64,000 nt of DNA, from positions 4,288-68,287 of the forward strand of contig JBFMEB010000004.1 in NCBI GenBank assembly GCA_040753675.1, read 5' to 3'. The stretch's first letter is position 1. Every line of letters begins with the position of its first letter. The position numbers were made by a program, and so were the translations under genes. Positions 48,188 to 57,656 of this stretch are shown in pieces. The stretch is from Candidatus Omnitrophota bacterium (GTDB lineage Bacteria; Omnitrophota; Gorgyraeia; JAHJTE01). Below the pieces are notes generated by a model. The model saw only the letters and a program-made list of their open reading frames with translations. It was not told the origin of the DNA and did no database searches.

Positions 48188-48438
48188 GGAAAGCCATACT
48201 TTTTATAATCAAAACCTGTCTGCTCTAAGAGCCGAACCATCATGCTATAAAATGGGGACGGCACGTCTGAAAAAAATGCGCTTATAACATCCAATTCTTC
48301 AACTAAAGAAGAATTCCTAAGCCTCGCATTTTCTTCTGCCCTTTTAGTAACAACCTGCTCAGTAATGTGCCGATGGAAAACAGGAATCTTTGAAATCATC
48401 AGTTTGAGCTTTTCTTGAGTTTTGCTTTCCCAGTCCAT
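48181..48438 (-). CDS. Small hypothetical protein
   Basis: 85 aa. No motif recognised with confidence. Confidence 0.4.
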   Translation of the reverse strand: MDWESKTQEKLKLMISKIPVFHRHITEQVVTKRAEENARLRNSSLVEELDVISAFFSDVPSPFYSMMVRLLEQTGFDYKKYGFPK

Positions 48439-48453
48439 AGGCCTATCCTCTTT

Positions 48454-48481
48454 AAAATATAGTAAAATTTTACTATATTTT
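48454..48481. promoter_or_regulatory. 28-bp perfect palindrome AAAATATAGTAAAATTTTACTATATTTT (candidate PadR operator)
   Basis: Read directly. It lies between the padR stop and the first gene of the downstream cluster. Confidence 0.45.
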
Positions 48482-48490
48482 CCTATTTAG

Positions 48491-48994
48491 TCAAGACAAA
48501 AACTCAAGCAAAGACTCTATCTCTGATTCTAATAATTTGAGGTTGTGCCGAAGGATATTTATAAGGTTGGATGGTTTTGGTTTTGTAGTCTTGATTAAAT
48601 CTAATAGTTGGCCTTTAAGCCGCCTTAACAGGTTTAACCTTGTATTAAGCCGCCTCTTAGCCAGGCGTGGACTAAGGTAGGAAATAAAATAAAGACCGAG
48701 GTCAATGCTAAAAAATGGCCGTTCTATTCTAATAAGACTATCCTGAAGAAGCCTTTTAAACCTAACTTCTCCTCTAGGGGTGAGGCTATATACGTATTTT
48801 TCAGGCCGTTTACCTGCCTGAGTGGTGCTTTTCTTAATAAGGCCTTGTCTTTCTAATTGCCTAAGCGGATAGTAAATCGAGGTAGAATCAACTTTGAAAA
48901 ATGTGTTAATTTCTTCTTTAATTAAGCGCTTTATTTCATAGCCATGTTTAGGGCCGCCTTTAAGCAGGCCTAAGAAAAGAAGTTCATTTTCCAT
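48491..48994 (-). CDS. PadR family transcriptional regulator
   Basis: 167 aa; N-terminal winged helix LLFLGLLKGGPKHGYEIKRLIKEEINTFFKVDSTSIYYPLRQLERQGLI. Confidence 0.85.
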   Translation of the reverse strand: MENELLFLGLLKGGPKHGYEIKRLIKEEINTFFKVDSTSIYYPLRQLERQGLIKKSTTQAGKRPEKYVYSLTPRGEVRFKRLLQDSLIRIERPFFSIDLGLYFISYLSPRLAKRRLNTRLNLLRRLKGQLLDLIKTTKPKPSNLINILRHNLKLLESEIESLLEFLS

Positions 48995-49011
48995 AAACTA
49001 ATAGTCTCTAC

Positions 49012-49082
49012 AGCGGGCAACGGGGATCGAACCCGTGTAGGTGGCTTGGAAGGCCACTGCACTACCGCTGTGCTATGCCCGC
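49012..49082 (-). tRNA. tRNA-Gly (anticodon TCC)
   Basis: Manual fold: acceptor GCGGGCA/TGCCCGC, D-arm GCAC..GTGC, anticodon stem GTGGC/GCCAC with loop CTTCCAA, T-arm ACGGG-TTCGATC-CCCGT, discriminator T. Confidence 0.85.
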
Positions 49083-49088
49083 ATGGCC

Positions 49089-49334
49089 CTACAGAAGATG
49101 TCTCTTTAAAAATGCTCTTCCTGAACCAGTCTTAAAATATCTCTCTAGATTAACTGCCAATCGTAGGTTTTTAATACCGATATAAGAAATTAATTCGAAT
49201 GGTCTATAGTTAGCGGTAGATAATTTACTATTTTCTGAGTTGTGTTCTTCTAATCTTCTCTCTAAATTATTGGTATAACCAGTATAGGTATAACTCTGCT
49301 TCTTTATACTTTTAAGGAAATAAACATACCACAT
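49089..49334 (-). CDS. GIY-YIG nuclease family protein
   Basis: 81 aa; WYVYFLKS...YTGYTNNLERRLEEHN (GIY-YIG motif). Confidence 0.75.
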   Translation of the reverse strand: MWYVYFLKSIKKQSYTYTGYTNNLERRLEEHNSENSKLSTANYRPFELISYIGIKNLRLAVNLERYFKTGSGRAFLKRHLL

Positions 49335-49394
49335 TAGTTATCTCTTAGTGTCCGCCTTCGTCTTCCAAAGAGAATTTAATCACTTGACTACGGC

Positions 49395-49671
49395 GGACAT
49401 TCGCCGAAGCCAAACGCAAAGCATTTGGCGAAGGCGAATGGACAGGAGAGGATTTGAACTTACCATAGGGGCTCTCTGCCCCTCCATGGCGTCGTCACCC
49501 CAAGGCTGACTCCTGTCACCCCGTAGTGTAACTAAAGTTAGCTATTCTTGAGGGGAAAATCATCTTTTCCCCTCAAGCTCCTCTTTTGTTCAAATCCTTA
49601 CTGGCGTTAAATTCTTCGAAGCTTAAACATGAAGCGAACGCAGTGAAGCGAAATATTTAAGCGTAGTAGAG
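49395..49671. mobile_element. Small inserted element (212-bp core at 49460-49671) flanked by a duplicated tRNA-Tyr 3' end
   Basis: TGGACAGGAGAGGATTTGAAC occurs at 49439-49459 and again as the real tRNA-Tyr 3' end at 49672-49692. A diverged duplicate of the tRNA-downstream flank lies at 49395-49438. The core carries hairpins AGGGGCTCTGCCCCT and GGGGAAAATCATCTTTTCCCC, also found at 58206-58430. Confidence 0.5.
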
Positions 49672-49753
49672 TGGACAGGAGAGGATTTGAACCTCTGAAG
49701 CTATGCGCAACAGATTTACAGTCTGCCCCCTTTGGCCACTTGGGTACCTGTCC
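49672..49753 (-). tRNA. tRNA-Tyr (anticodon GTA), long variable arm
   Basis: Manual fold: acceptor GGACAGG/CCTGTCC, anticodon stem GCAGA/TCTGT with loop CTGTAAA, long variable arm, T-arm AGAGG-TTCAAAT-CCTCT, discriminator A. Confidence 0.8.
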
Positions 49754-49842
49754 GTTAAAAAAATTATTGCTAAATTGCTATCTGCTAAATTGCTTTTTAT
49801 ATGACAATTTAACAATGGAACAATATAGCAATTTATATTTTA

Positions 49843-49918
49843 TGGAGCCGACGAGAGGAATTGAACCCCCGACCCAGGGTTTACAAAACCCTTGCTCTAC
49901 CAACTGAGCTACGTCGGC
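49843..49918 (-). tRNA. tRNA-Thr (anticodon TGT), CCA encoded
   Basis: Manual fold: acceptor GCCGACG/CGTCGGC, D-arm GCTC..GAGC, anticodon stem AGGGT/ACCCT with loop TTTGTAA, T-arm CGGGG-GTTCAAT-TCCTC, 3' TCCA. Confidence 0.8.
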
Positions 49919-49991
49919 ATATTTAAATTGTCAAATTGTCGAATTGTTAATTGTTATTTTCGATGCTAAAACAGTCTAACAATTTAGCAGT

Positions 49992-50870
49992 TTAGCAATT
50001 TAACTTTTTTCTGCTACTTCTCTTTATGGCTTCTGGAATCTTTTCAATCAAATCCGAAGCAATTAAACCTAATTCGCCTTTTTCTTTTGCCGCCAAATCT
50101 CCTGCAAGGCCATGTATATATGCACCGAATTTTGCAGCGGAAAAGCTATCCAGGCCTTGGGCTAAGAATGCACCTACAATTCCAGTCAGGCAATCGCCCA
50201 TTCCTGCGCTAGCCATTCCCGGATTTCCGGTTCTGTTAACGTAACAATTTTTTGAATCTGCTACTAGTGTATTGTGCCCCTTTAAAATTAAAGTCACTCC
50301 AAACTCTTTGGCAAATTTAGTTGCAACAGATTTTCTATTTTCCTGGATATAGGAAACAGTTTTTCCTGTTAGCCTCGCCATTTCGCCAGGATGCGGAGTA
50401 AGTATTCGCGTATTGCGTATAGCGTGTTGCGTATTGCGTAAAATATTTAAGTGGCCGGCAAGTGCATTAATAGCGTCGGCATCAATTACCATAGGAAGCT
50501 TGCAGGTCTTGATAATTTTTCGCACTAACACTTGAGTCGACGAATTAGCAGACAAACCCGGACCTATGGCTAAACAATCGCACTTTTCTAAAAAATTATT
50601 TATTTTTTTATAGGCCTTATCGCTTAACGTCTGGTTTTTAGTTTCAGGCAGCGCTAAAGTCATTACTTCAATTAATTGCTTTTCAAAGACCTCAATTAAA
50701 GTTTCCGGTACACCTAGCGTAACTAACCCTGCGCCTGCCCGTAGACAAGAGCGCGCTACCATAACAGCTGCTCCGGTTAAGCCAGATGAACCAGCTAAGA
50801 GGAATAAATGGCCAAAATCGCCCTTATGCGAGTCTTTCTTTCTTTTCAACAACTGCGCTGGCAACCGCAT
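49992..50870 (-). CDS. nnr: ADP-dependent NAD(P)H-hydrate dehydratase (YjeF C-terminal domain family)
   Basis: 292 aa; SHKGDFGHLFLLAGSSGLTGAAVMVAR and GPGL motifs. Overlaps the acpS 3' end, as is common. Confidence 0.85.
   Translation of the reverse strand: MRLPAQLLKRKKDSHKGDFGHLFLLAGSSGLTGAAVMVARSCLRAGAGLVTLGVPETLIEVFEKQLIEVMTLALPETKNQTLSDKAYKKINNFLEKCDCLAIGPGLSANSSTQVLVRKIIKTCKLPMVIDADAINALAGHLNILRNTQHAIRNTRILTPHPGEMARLTGKTVSYIQENRKSVATKFAKEFGVTLILKGHNTLVADSKNCYVNRTGNPGMASAGMGDCLTGIVGAFLAQGLDSFSAAKFGAYIHGLAGDLAAKEKGELGLIASDLIEKIPEAIKRSSRKKLNC
50408..50440. repeat. Imperfect heptamer tandem repeat (CGTATTG/CGTATAG/CGTGTTG/CGTATTG) inside nnr
   Basis: Read directly. Encodes LRNTQHAIRNTRI in frame. 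Confidence 0.6.
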
Positions 50871-51180
50871 ATTTTTCTATATGAGCAATGGAGATTGAAA
50901 CATTAAAACCATTGCGGTTCAGGCGGCAAAACGGCCTGCCTACATCATCATTTAATATCTCGATATCTTTGAAATTAAATTGCCCACGGCTAAATGCCTT
51001 CAAAACTGCCTCTTTTGCAGCGAATCTTCCTGCCAAATGCATACTGGATAGTCTTTTTGTTTTTGCATATTCAACTTCGCGCTGGGTAAAAATTCGTTTT
51101 AGAAAATCATCGCCATTTCTTTTAATCGCAGTTTCTATGCGCTCAACTTCAACAATATCAATGCCGGTGCCGACTATCAT
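50824..51180 (-). CDS. acpS: Holo-[acyl-carrier-protein] synthase
   Basis: 118 aa; MIVGTGIDIVEVERI with the AcpS fold. Confidence 0.85.
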   Translation of the reverse strand: MIVGTGIDIVEVERIETAIKRNGDDFLKRIFTQREVEYAKTKRLSSMHLAGRFAAKEAVLKAFSRGQFNFKDIEILNDDVGRPFCRLNRNGFNVSISIAHIEKYAVASAVVEKKERLA

Positions 51181-51295
51181 AAAGAAGCCTCTTTAAAAAG
51201 TAAAACATTAAACGCAAATATACGCTAATCTAACGCAGATATTCGCAAATAATTTTTATCTGCGTTAATTGGCGTTAGATTTGCGAGAATTCGCG
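51181..51295. repeat. Long imperfect palindrome (ACGCTAAT, AACGCAGATA...TATCTGCGTT, CGCAAAT...ATTTGCG, ATTCGCG)
   Basis: Read directly. Motifs are related to the 8141-8228 spacer. Confidence 0.45.
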
Positions 51296-52027
51296 TTAAA
51301 TAGAACTATAAATATTTTCTCTGTCGATTAACTTACGCATTTCGCTCACTGCGTTTTCTAATCCTACAAAAACTGCGTGGCAAATAATTGAATAACCGAT
51401 ATTTAATTCTTCTATCTCCCGAATTTTTACCACATCTGCGGTATTAGAATAATCAAGGCCGTGGCCTGCAGCTACAACAAAACCTATATCTTTAGCAAAG
51501 ATTGCAGCATCTTGTAATTTGGCTAAGTATTTTTCGCTTCCCTTCTTACTTTTAGTATCGGCATATTTACCAGTATGTAACTCTATTATATCTGCACCTA
51601 TCTTTTTCGCTGTCTCTATCTGCTTTTTTACAGGGTCAATAAATAAACTCACCCTTATTCCAACGGATTTTAACTTCTCTATCGCCTTTGCAATTTTTTT
51701 TTCATAAGTAATTACGTCTAAGCCACCCTCTGTAGTTAATTCCTTGCGCCTTTCCGGCACTAATGTCGAAACATCTGGCTTAATGCGTCGAGCAATATTT
51801 ACTATATCCTTATTAATAGACATCTCTAAATTAAAATGCTTGGCAGTTTTCCTTAAAGTTACAACATCAGCATCTTGAATATGGCGCCGGTCTTCGCGTA
51901 AATGCGCTACAATAGAATCTGCGCCTGCTTCCAAACAGGTTTTCGCTGCTTCAATCGGGCTGATAAGGTTAATGCCTCTTGCCTGGCGCAGGGTAGCTAC
52001 GTGGTCAATATTTACGCCTAATCTCAT
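51296..52027 (-). CDS. pdxJ: Pyridoxine 5'-phosphate synthase
   Basis: 243 aa; MRLGVNIDHVATLRQARG. Confidence 0.9.
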   Translation of the reverse strand: MRLGVNIDHVATLRQARGINLISPIEAAKTCLEAGADSIVAHLREDRRHIQDADVVTLRKTAKHFNLEMSINKDIVNIARRIKPDVSTLVPERRKELTTEGGLDVITYEKKIAKAIEKLKSVGIRVSLFIDPVKKQIETAKKIGADIIELHTGKYADTKSKKGSEKYLAKLQDAAIFAKDIGFVVAAGHGLDYSNTADVVKIREIEELNIGYSIICHAVFVGLENAVSEMRKLIDRENIYSSI

Positions 52028-52141
52028 TTTTAGAAATAAAATCCTTTTTTTATTTCGCTGGTGATATAAATCCAGCTAATAATGGCTAAAATTAAAGAGA
52101 TCGCCTTAAGCCATAGGTTATGTATGAGCCAATTTTTCATA

Positions 52142-52900
52142 TTATTTTTGTTTATATAATAAATTTTTTATTGTGCTGTCTAATTTTTCTATCTCTAATT
52201 TGGAATTCAGTCGTCCATTAAGCGCTAAAGAAATTTCTCCCCTTTCTTCGGAAACTACAATTACTACAGCATCGGTTTCCTCGCTTAAGCCAATGGCAGC
52301 GCGATGTCGGGTGCCGAATACAGGAGATAACCCCTGTTGCTGAGTTAGAGGAAAAAGGCAGGCTGCTGCTACAATTCTATTACCTGTAATAACAACTCCT
52401 CCGTCATGAAGAGGAGTGCCGTGAGCAAAAATTGTATGCAATAATTCCGTGCTAACGATACTGTCTAATTGTACCCCGCTTTCTGTAAATGTCCTTAACT
52501 TCTGCTGCCTCTCTAAAGCAATAATTGCGCCGACATGCTCATAGGAAAACCTGCGTATTGCCTTAACCAGTTCTTTTATCATCTGATCTAATTCTTCTTC
52601 TTTGGGAGGCAGATAAAACAGATGCTGCTGGCCTAAACGCGCAAGGCCATGGCGCAGTTCGGGTTGAAATATTACAATTATAGCTATCAACCAAAAAGCG
52701 AATAATTTAGTCAATAGCCATTCGATTGCCAAAAGACCTAACTTCTGAGAGACAAAAAATGCAATAATCAAAATTATAATGCCGCGCAAAACATTTACCG
52801 CGCGGCTGCCTTCGAAGAAAACGAGCATCCGATAAAATATAAACCATAAGATGAGAATTTCTAGGGCCGGCCGCCAATTTAAAAAAATGTAATCTAACAT
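52142..52900 (-). CDS. cdaA: Diadenylate cyclase (c-di-AMP synthase, CdaA type)
   Basis: 252 aa; N-terminal TM helices and a DAC domain with HDGGVVI, GTRHRAAIG, and DAVVIVVSEE. Confidence 0.85.
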   Translation of the reverse strand: MLDYIFLNWRPALEILILWFIFYRMLVFFEGSRAVNVLRGIIILIIAFFVSQKLGLLAIEWLLTKLFAFWLIAIIVIFQPELRHGLARLGQQHLFYLPPKEEELDQMIKELVKAIRRFSYEHVGAIIALERQQKLRTFTESGVQLDSIVSTELLHTIFAHGTPLHDGGVVITGNRIVAAACLFPLTQQQGLSPVFGTRHRAAIGLSEETDAVVIVVSEERGEISLALNGRLNSKLEIEKLDSTIKNLLYKQK

Positions 52901-53787
52901 GCTGGATAATTAGAAGGGTTTAAAATTGCATCAGTTAGATGTGCTACTTGCTGCATTTCTCTTACATCATGAACACGCACTATGTGTGCGCCGTTCGCAA
53001 TGGCTAAAGCAACTGATGCTGCAGTGCCAAACAGTCGATTTTTTTCATCGAGATTTAGCACTTTACCGATAAAAGACTTACGGGATACCCCAATGAGAAT
53101 TGGCCTGCCTAAACTCGCAAATTCAGCTAAACGCTTTATTATCTCTAAGTTCTGACTCAAGGTCTTTGCAAAACCAATACCAGGGTCAATAATTATATTT
53201 TTAAAAGAAAGCCCTGCCTGTTTAGCTACGGCAATGGCTTTTTTTAATTCGTTTTTTATATCGGAAATCAAAGAACCGTACTTCGTATATTGTTGCATAT
53301 TTAGAGGAACACCGCGCATATGCATTATTATCAATGCCTTATTTTTTTTTGCGCAGAGTGTTGCAATTTTTCTGTTTATTTTGGCATCGCAAGCCTTAAT
53401 ATTATTAATTATACTTGCACCGGCTTCTATTACCTTAGTTGCCACTTCAGACTTATAGGTATCTACGGAAATAGGGATATGTAACTGGTTATCAATGCTC
53501 TCAATTACCGGGATGAGTCTTTTTAATTCTTCTCTCGCTGATATCGGTTTTGCGCCTGGCCGAGTTGATTCTGCTCCTATGTCGATAATATCTGCACCGC
53601 TGGCTTTCATCTTTTTAGCCAAATCCAAAGCACTTCTACTTACCAAAGAACAATTATTAATATTTTTCAATAATCCATCTTTGCTGAACGAGTCTGTTGT
53701 TATATTAATAATCCCCATTATCAAGGTGCGGCTGCCTAACTCTAACGCAAATTTACCAGCGGGGACAATAAAGGACTTTCTTTTCAC
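52894..53787 (-). CDS. folP: Dihydropteroate synthase
   Basis: 297 aa; [44 protein letters not shown], and RVHDV. Confidence 0.9.
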   Translation of the reverse strand: MKRKSFIVPAGKFALELGSRTLIMGIINITTDSFSKDGLLKNINNCSLVSRSALDLAKKMKASGADIIDIGAESTRPGAKPISAREELKRLIPVIESIDNQLHIPISVDTYKSEVATKVIEAGASIINNIKACDAKINRKIATLCAKKNKALIIMHMRGVPLNMQQYTKYGSLISDIKNELKKAIAVAKQAGLSFKNIIIDPGIGFAKTLSQNLEIIKRLAEFASLGRPILIGVSRKSFIGKVLNLDEKNRLFGTAASVALAIANGAHIVRVHDVREMQQVAHLTDAILNPSNYPAC

Positions 53788-55688
53788 GAGATATTGAGAA
53801 GCTTCCTTATCTCATCAACTGCCAATACTTCTTTCTCTAATAAAGTGCTGGCTAAAAGTGATAATTTATCTTTATTCTCTTCTAAAGTTTTCTTGGCTAT
53901 TTTATATCGTTCTTCCACAAGACGCTTGACTTCTACGTCAATCTCCCTTGCTGTATCTTCGGAATAATTGCGCTCCTCAGTCAGGTCCTTGCCTAAAAAC
54001 AATAGGCCACGCCTGCGGCCAAATGTCAAATGGCCTAATTTTTCGCTCATTCCAAATTCACAAACCATTCGCCTGGCTAATTCAGTGGCTACTTCTAAAT
54101 CGTTCTCTGCGCCTGTTGTGACTTCGCCGAATATAAGCTCTTCGCTGGAACATCCCCCTAAAAGTACGGTCAAGCGAGCTAAAAGTTCTGATTTGGTCAT
54201 AATATATCTATCCTGCAGGGGCAATTGCATAGTATAACCTAAAGCAGCAGTGCCGCGCGGAATAATCGAAACTTTATGCAAAGGATCAACGTCTGAAACC
54301 AAAAGAGACAATAACGCATGGCCTGCTTCATGGAAAGCCACAATCTCTTTTTCCTTTTTGGAAATTACCCGGCTTTTTCGTTGTGGACCGGCAATAACCC
54401 TCTCTATTGACTCCTGCATTTCTTCCATGCCGACTTTTTCTTTATTGCGCCGAGCAGCAAGTAGAGCTGCCTCATTGGCTAAGTTGGCCAAATCTGCTCC
54501 AGAAAAACCCGGCGTTTGCCGGGCTATAGACTCTAAACTCACATCCTCTGCTAATTTAATATTACGCACATGCACTTTAAGAATTGCCTCTCTGCCCTTG
54601 ATATCAGGCCTGTCAATAACAATCTGACGGTCGAATCTTCCAGGCCTAAGCAGCGCAGGATCTAATGTATCAGGCCGGTTTGTTGCTGCTATTAATATTA
54701 AACCTTCTTGCGTTGTAAAGCCGTCCATCTCAACTAGAAGGGCATTCAAAGTCTGTTCGCGCTCATCGTGGCCTCCGCCGATGCCTGAAAAACGCAAACG
54801 TCCCACGGCATCAATCTCATCAATAAATATAATGCAACCCTTACCGCTTACTTTAGCAGCCTGCCTTCCTTGTTCGAACAAATCTCTTACCCGAGAAGCG
54901 CCAACGCCTACAAACATCTCCACAAAATCAGAACCACTTATGGAAAAGAATGGCACTCCTGCTTCTCCAGCCACTGCCTTTGCTAAAAGCGTTTTTCCTG
55001 TACCAGGAGGACCGACTAACAAGACTCCCTTTGGAATTTTACCGCCTAAACGCTGGAATTTCTTAGGGTCTTTTAAAAATTCTATAACCTCTGTTAGTTC
55101 TTCCTCTGCTTCGTCCACACCAGCTACATCGTCAAAGGTAAATCTCTTTTGTTCCTTAACATCTGATGCCAATTTTGGCCTGATCTTACTAAAAGACCAG
55201 ATTCGATTTCCCATTTGATTGCCACGAAAAGAAAGATACCAAAGAGCAAAAATTAAAAGAATTGGACCGCCTAAGTTAAATAAAAGATTTGCTAATAGTG
55301 TGCGGGGGAGCCTAATTTCGAAGTTACTTACCTTCTGGCGCATTAGAGGAATGATTTCTTCATCTTGGATAGGAATATATAAGTTAAATTGTGAGCCGTC
55401 GCTAAATTCTCCCTCTATCTTATTCTCGTCCACAGTAAGAACGAGGCTTTTAATTTTATTAGTCTTATCATTATCAAGTAATATCTTATAAAACTCGCTA
55501 TAATTTATTTGCTGTGGCGGTTTTTTTACAACAAAAGGAAACCTTACTATACTCGAAAAATAAAATACCAAAAAAATAATCACGAACCAAAATAAGTAAG
55601 GATTATTAAATATCGACTTTTTGGCCTTGTTGTTTTTCTTTCCAGTTTCTTTTTTTTGTTTTTTTGGCTCTAAAATATCCATAATCAC
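53784..55688 (-). CDS. ftsH: ATP-dependent zinc metalloprotease FtsH
   Basis: 634 aa; Walker [12 protein letters not shown] region, and HEAGH zinc motif. Confidence 0.95.
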   Translation of the reverse strand: MIMDILEPKKQKKETGKKNNKAKKSIFNNPYLFWFVIIFLVFYFSSIVRFPFVVKKPPQQINYSEFYKILLDNDKTNKIKSLVLTVDENKIEGEFSDGSQFNLYIPIQDEEIIPLMRQKVSNFEIRLPRTLLANLLFNLGGPILLIFALWYLSFRGNQMGNRIWSFSKIRPKLASDVKEQKRFTFDDVAGVDEAEEELTEVIEFLKDPKKFQRLGGKIPKGVLLVGPPGTGKTLLAKAVAGEAGVPFFSISGSDFVEMFVGVGASRVRDLFEQGRQAAKVSGKGCIIFIDEIDAVGRLRFSGIGGGHDEREQTLNALLVEMDGFTTQEGLILIAATNRPDTLDPALLRPGRFDRQIVIDRPDIKGREAILKVHVRNIKLAEDVSLESIARQTPGFSGADLANLANEAALLAARRNKEKVGMEEMQESIERVIAGPQRKSRVISKKEKEIVAFHEAGHALLSLLVSDVDPLHKVSIIPRGTAALGYTMQLPLQDRYIMTKSELLARLTVLLGGCSSEELIFGEVTTGAENDLEVATELARRMVCEFGMSEKLGHLTFGRRRGLLFLGKDLTEERNYSEDTAREIDVEVKRLVEERYKIAKKTLEENKDKLSLLASTLLEKEVLAVDEIRKLLNIS

Positions 55689-55798
55689 CTCGAGTTAATT
55701 ATTATATATCAATATAAACACAAAAATCAACTATTTTCAAACCGCAAAGTCCGCAAAATCAGTAACGCAAAAACGCAAAAATTGCATCTTGACGGCAA

Positions 55799-56794
55799 CT
55801 ACTTTCTCAAGTAAAAAACGAGTTTTTCTTTTATCTTTTTTACTGATAGCCCCTTAGGCAAGTCTACTACAGAATCTATCGGCCTATTTCGAATTAAATC
55901 CTCTATTTCCTGCCAATGGCGATAATCAAATTTGCGGGTTGAGCCTAAAATGTGACTTATTGCCATACGTATAATCATTCTTTGTATAGCTATATGTAAT
56001 TTCAAAAACTTTTTCAAATCAAAACTTACTTTAGACTTTGTTTTAGTTGTCACAGTTGTATCTAATCTCGTTTTTGCAGCAGTTTCTAAGTATTGGTAGT
56101 CCAAAGATAAAATCTGCGCTAAATTTGCAAGATGTTTTTTAATATTTCTATCAAAACCTGATTCCAAAAAAGGAATAAGCCTATTCCTAATCTTATTTCT
56201 AAAAAAAGTATTCTCAAGGTTAGATGAATCTGTGCAGGGCTTAACTTTTATACGCTTTAAATATGAATTTATATCAGACCGAGAAACCTCAAGCAGCGGA
56301 CGGACAAAAGTTAAGCCTTCAAGAAGGCGATTTGGAACTATCCCCTGCAGGCCATAAAGGCCGCTTCCCCGTATCAGACGCATCAAGACAGTCTCTGCCT
56401 GATCATCCTGATTGTGACCCAGTGCAATTTTTTTAATAGAACATTTCCTTACTATTTCTCTAAAAAATTTATGACGCTCTTTTCTGCTAAATTCTTCAAC
56501 AGAACCTTTGTTTGCAAGCTTAGATATATTAACTATTTTTAAATCAATTGGGATATTTAATTTCTTGGCAGTTTTTTTAACGAATTCCATATCTCTGTAA
56601 GATTCGGTTCTACGCAATAAATGATTTAAGTGCGCAAGTCGCAAGGTTATTTTCAACTCTTTTTTTAGCGAATTAAGCACATATACAAGCGCTGTTGAAT
56701 CAGGCCCGCCAGACGCGCCGACCAAAACAGAATCGCCTTTCTTAAACATTCTGAATTTTTTTATTGTAGCCAGGACTTTCTGCTTAAAAGGCAT
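55799..56794 (-). CDS. tilS: tRNA(Ile)-lysidine synthetase
   Basis: 331 aa; PP-loop VGASGGPDSTAL. Confidence 0.85.
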   Translation of the reverse strand: MPFKQKVLATIKKFRMFKKGDSVLVGASGGPDSTALVYVLNSLKKELKITLRLAHLNHLLRRTESYRDMEFVKKTAKKLNIPIDLKIVNISKLANKGSVEEFSRKERHKFFREIVRKCSIKKIALGHNQDDQAETVLMRLIRGSGLYGLQGIVPNRLLEGLTFVRPLLEVSRSDINSYLKRIKVKPCTDSSNLENTFFRNKIRNRLIPFLESGFDRNIKKHLANLAQILSLDYQYLETAAKTRLDTTVTTKTKSKVSFDLKKFLKLHIAIQRMIIRMAISHILGSTRKFDYRHWQEIEDLIRNRPIDSVVDLPKGLSVKKIKEKLVFYLRK

Positions 56795-56848
56795 GTTTTT
56801 TAATGGTTAATAAAGGCAGGTAAAATATGGCAGGAAAACGTATATTAA

Positions 56849-57034
56849 CTACCAACCTCTCCTTTTTAATTCTTCCCAATTTCTTTTGCTCTGTAAAGGT
56901 GTAATCTTATTAAGAAATTTATTAATTTCTGCTAACCACTCTAATCTCTGGGCATAGGAAGTTTTTAAGTAATCAGCAAGATGCTCATCAGCTTCGAACT
57001 TTGTCTCTTTACATCTACGTTTTCTATTTTTCAT
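56849..57034 (-). CDS. Small hypothetical protein (possible partner of upstream nucleotidyltransferase)
   Basis: 61 aa, basic. Overlaps the 3' end of the 57024-57524 gene by 11 nt. Confidence 0.3.
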   Translation of the reverse strand: MKNRKRRCKETKFEADEHLADYLKTSYAQRLEWLAEINKFLNKITPLQSKRNWEELKRRGW

Positions 57035-57524
57035 TTTTGCTTAACTTAGTAATTGCCTTTAAATTAGCCAAATCGATTAAATCTTTTGCCCGACCTGCTT
57101 TCTCTTTAAGTTTTATCAAATGTTTTAGAGAAAGCAAAGGAATGGTTATACCCGCGACTTTAATCTTTTTCAAACTTTTTTTGATAATGTCAAACTTTAT
57201 TGGCTCATCAATAAATACATCGATTAATTTTAGGTGCTCTTTTGGATGAAAAAAGCTAAATACTATCATTCCTTTTTCTTTGCGCCACAGGCTTCTTTGC
57301 TTTTTATCTTTAAATTGTTCTTTGGTAACTGGCACTTTTGGTAGATATCCTAATTTAGTTAAAGTGCCAAAAAACTTATCCACGTTTTTTTCATCTAAAC
57401 ACACAATTAAATCTAAGTCTGCAGTGAAACGCACATAGCCATAGAGAACCACTGCCATTCCACCTACTACGGCATATTTAACGCCTTCCTTATTTAATGC
57501 CTTAAAAACTTCTGCGTATAACAT
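57024..57524 (-). CDS. Nucleotidyltransferase-fold protein (MNT/AbiEii-like)
   Basis: 166 aa; VVGGMAVVLYGYVRFTADLDLIV resembles the minimal nucleotidyltransferase G[GS]...D.D signature. Confidence 0.5.
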   Translation of the reverse strand: MLYAEVFKALNKEGVKYAVVGGMAVVLYGYVRFTADLDLIVCLDEKNVDKFFGTLTKLGYLPKVPVTKEQFKDKKQRSLWRKEKGMIVFSFFHPKEHLKLIDVFIDEPIKFDIIKKSLKKIKVAGITIPLLSLKHLIKLKEKAGRAKDLIDLANLKAITKLSKNEK

Positions 57525-57656
57525 ATTAGATAAAATGGTGCTCTACTACGCTAAATTACTTCGTCGCTTCGCTCCTTCGTGTTTAGCTTCGAAGAGCACT
57601 CTTCGAAGCTCAAACGTGAATGAGCGATAGCGAAGAAACATTTGAGCGAAGTAGAG

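Noticed and set aside
49460-49671. The hairpin-rich repeated core (also 58206-58430) as tmRNA, SRP RNA, RNase P RNA or 6S RNA
   Set aside because: I could not find the conserved tmRNA termini and resume codon, the SRP domain IV GGAA/AGCAGCC motif, or RNase P conserved regions. It is also too short (~100 nt core). Left as an unclassified element.
49671-49907. Track ORF 49671-49907 (+), 78 aa
   Set aside because: It overlaps tRNA-Tyr and tRNA-Thr on the opposite strand. The translation (…EPTRGIEPPTQGLQ…) is just the tRNA sequences read as protein. It starts with GTG.
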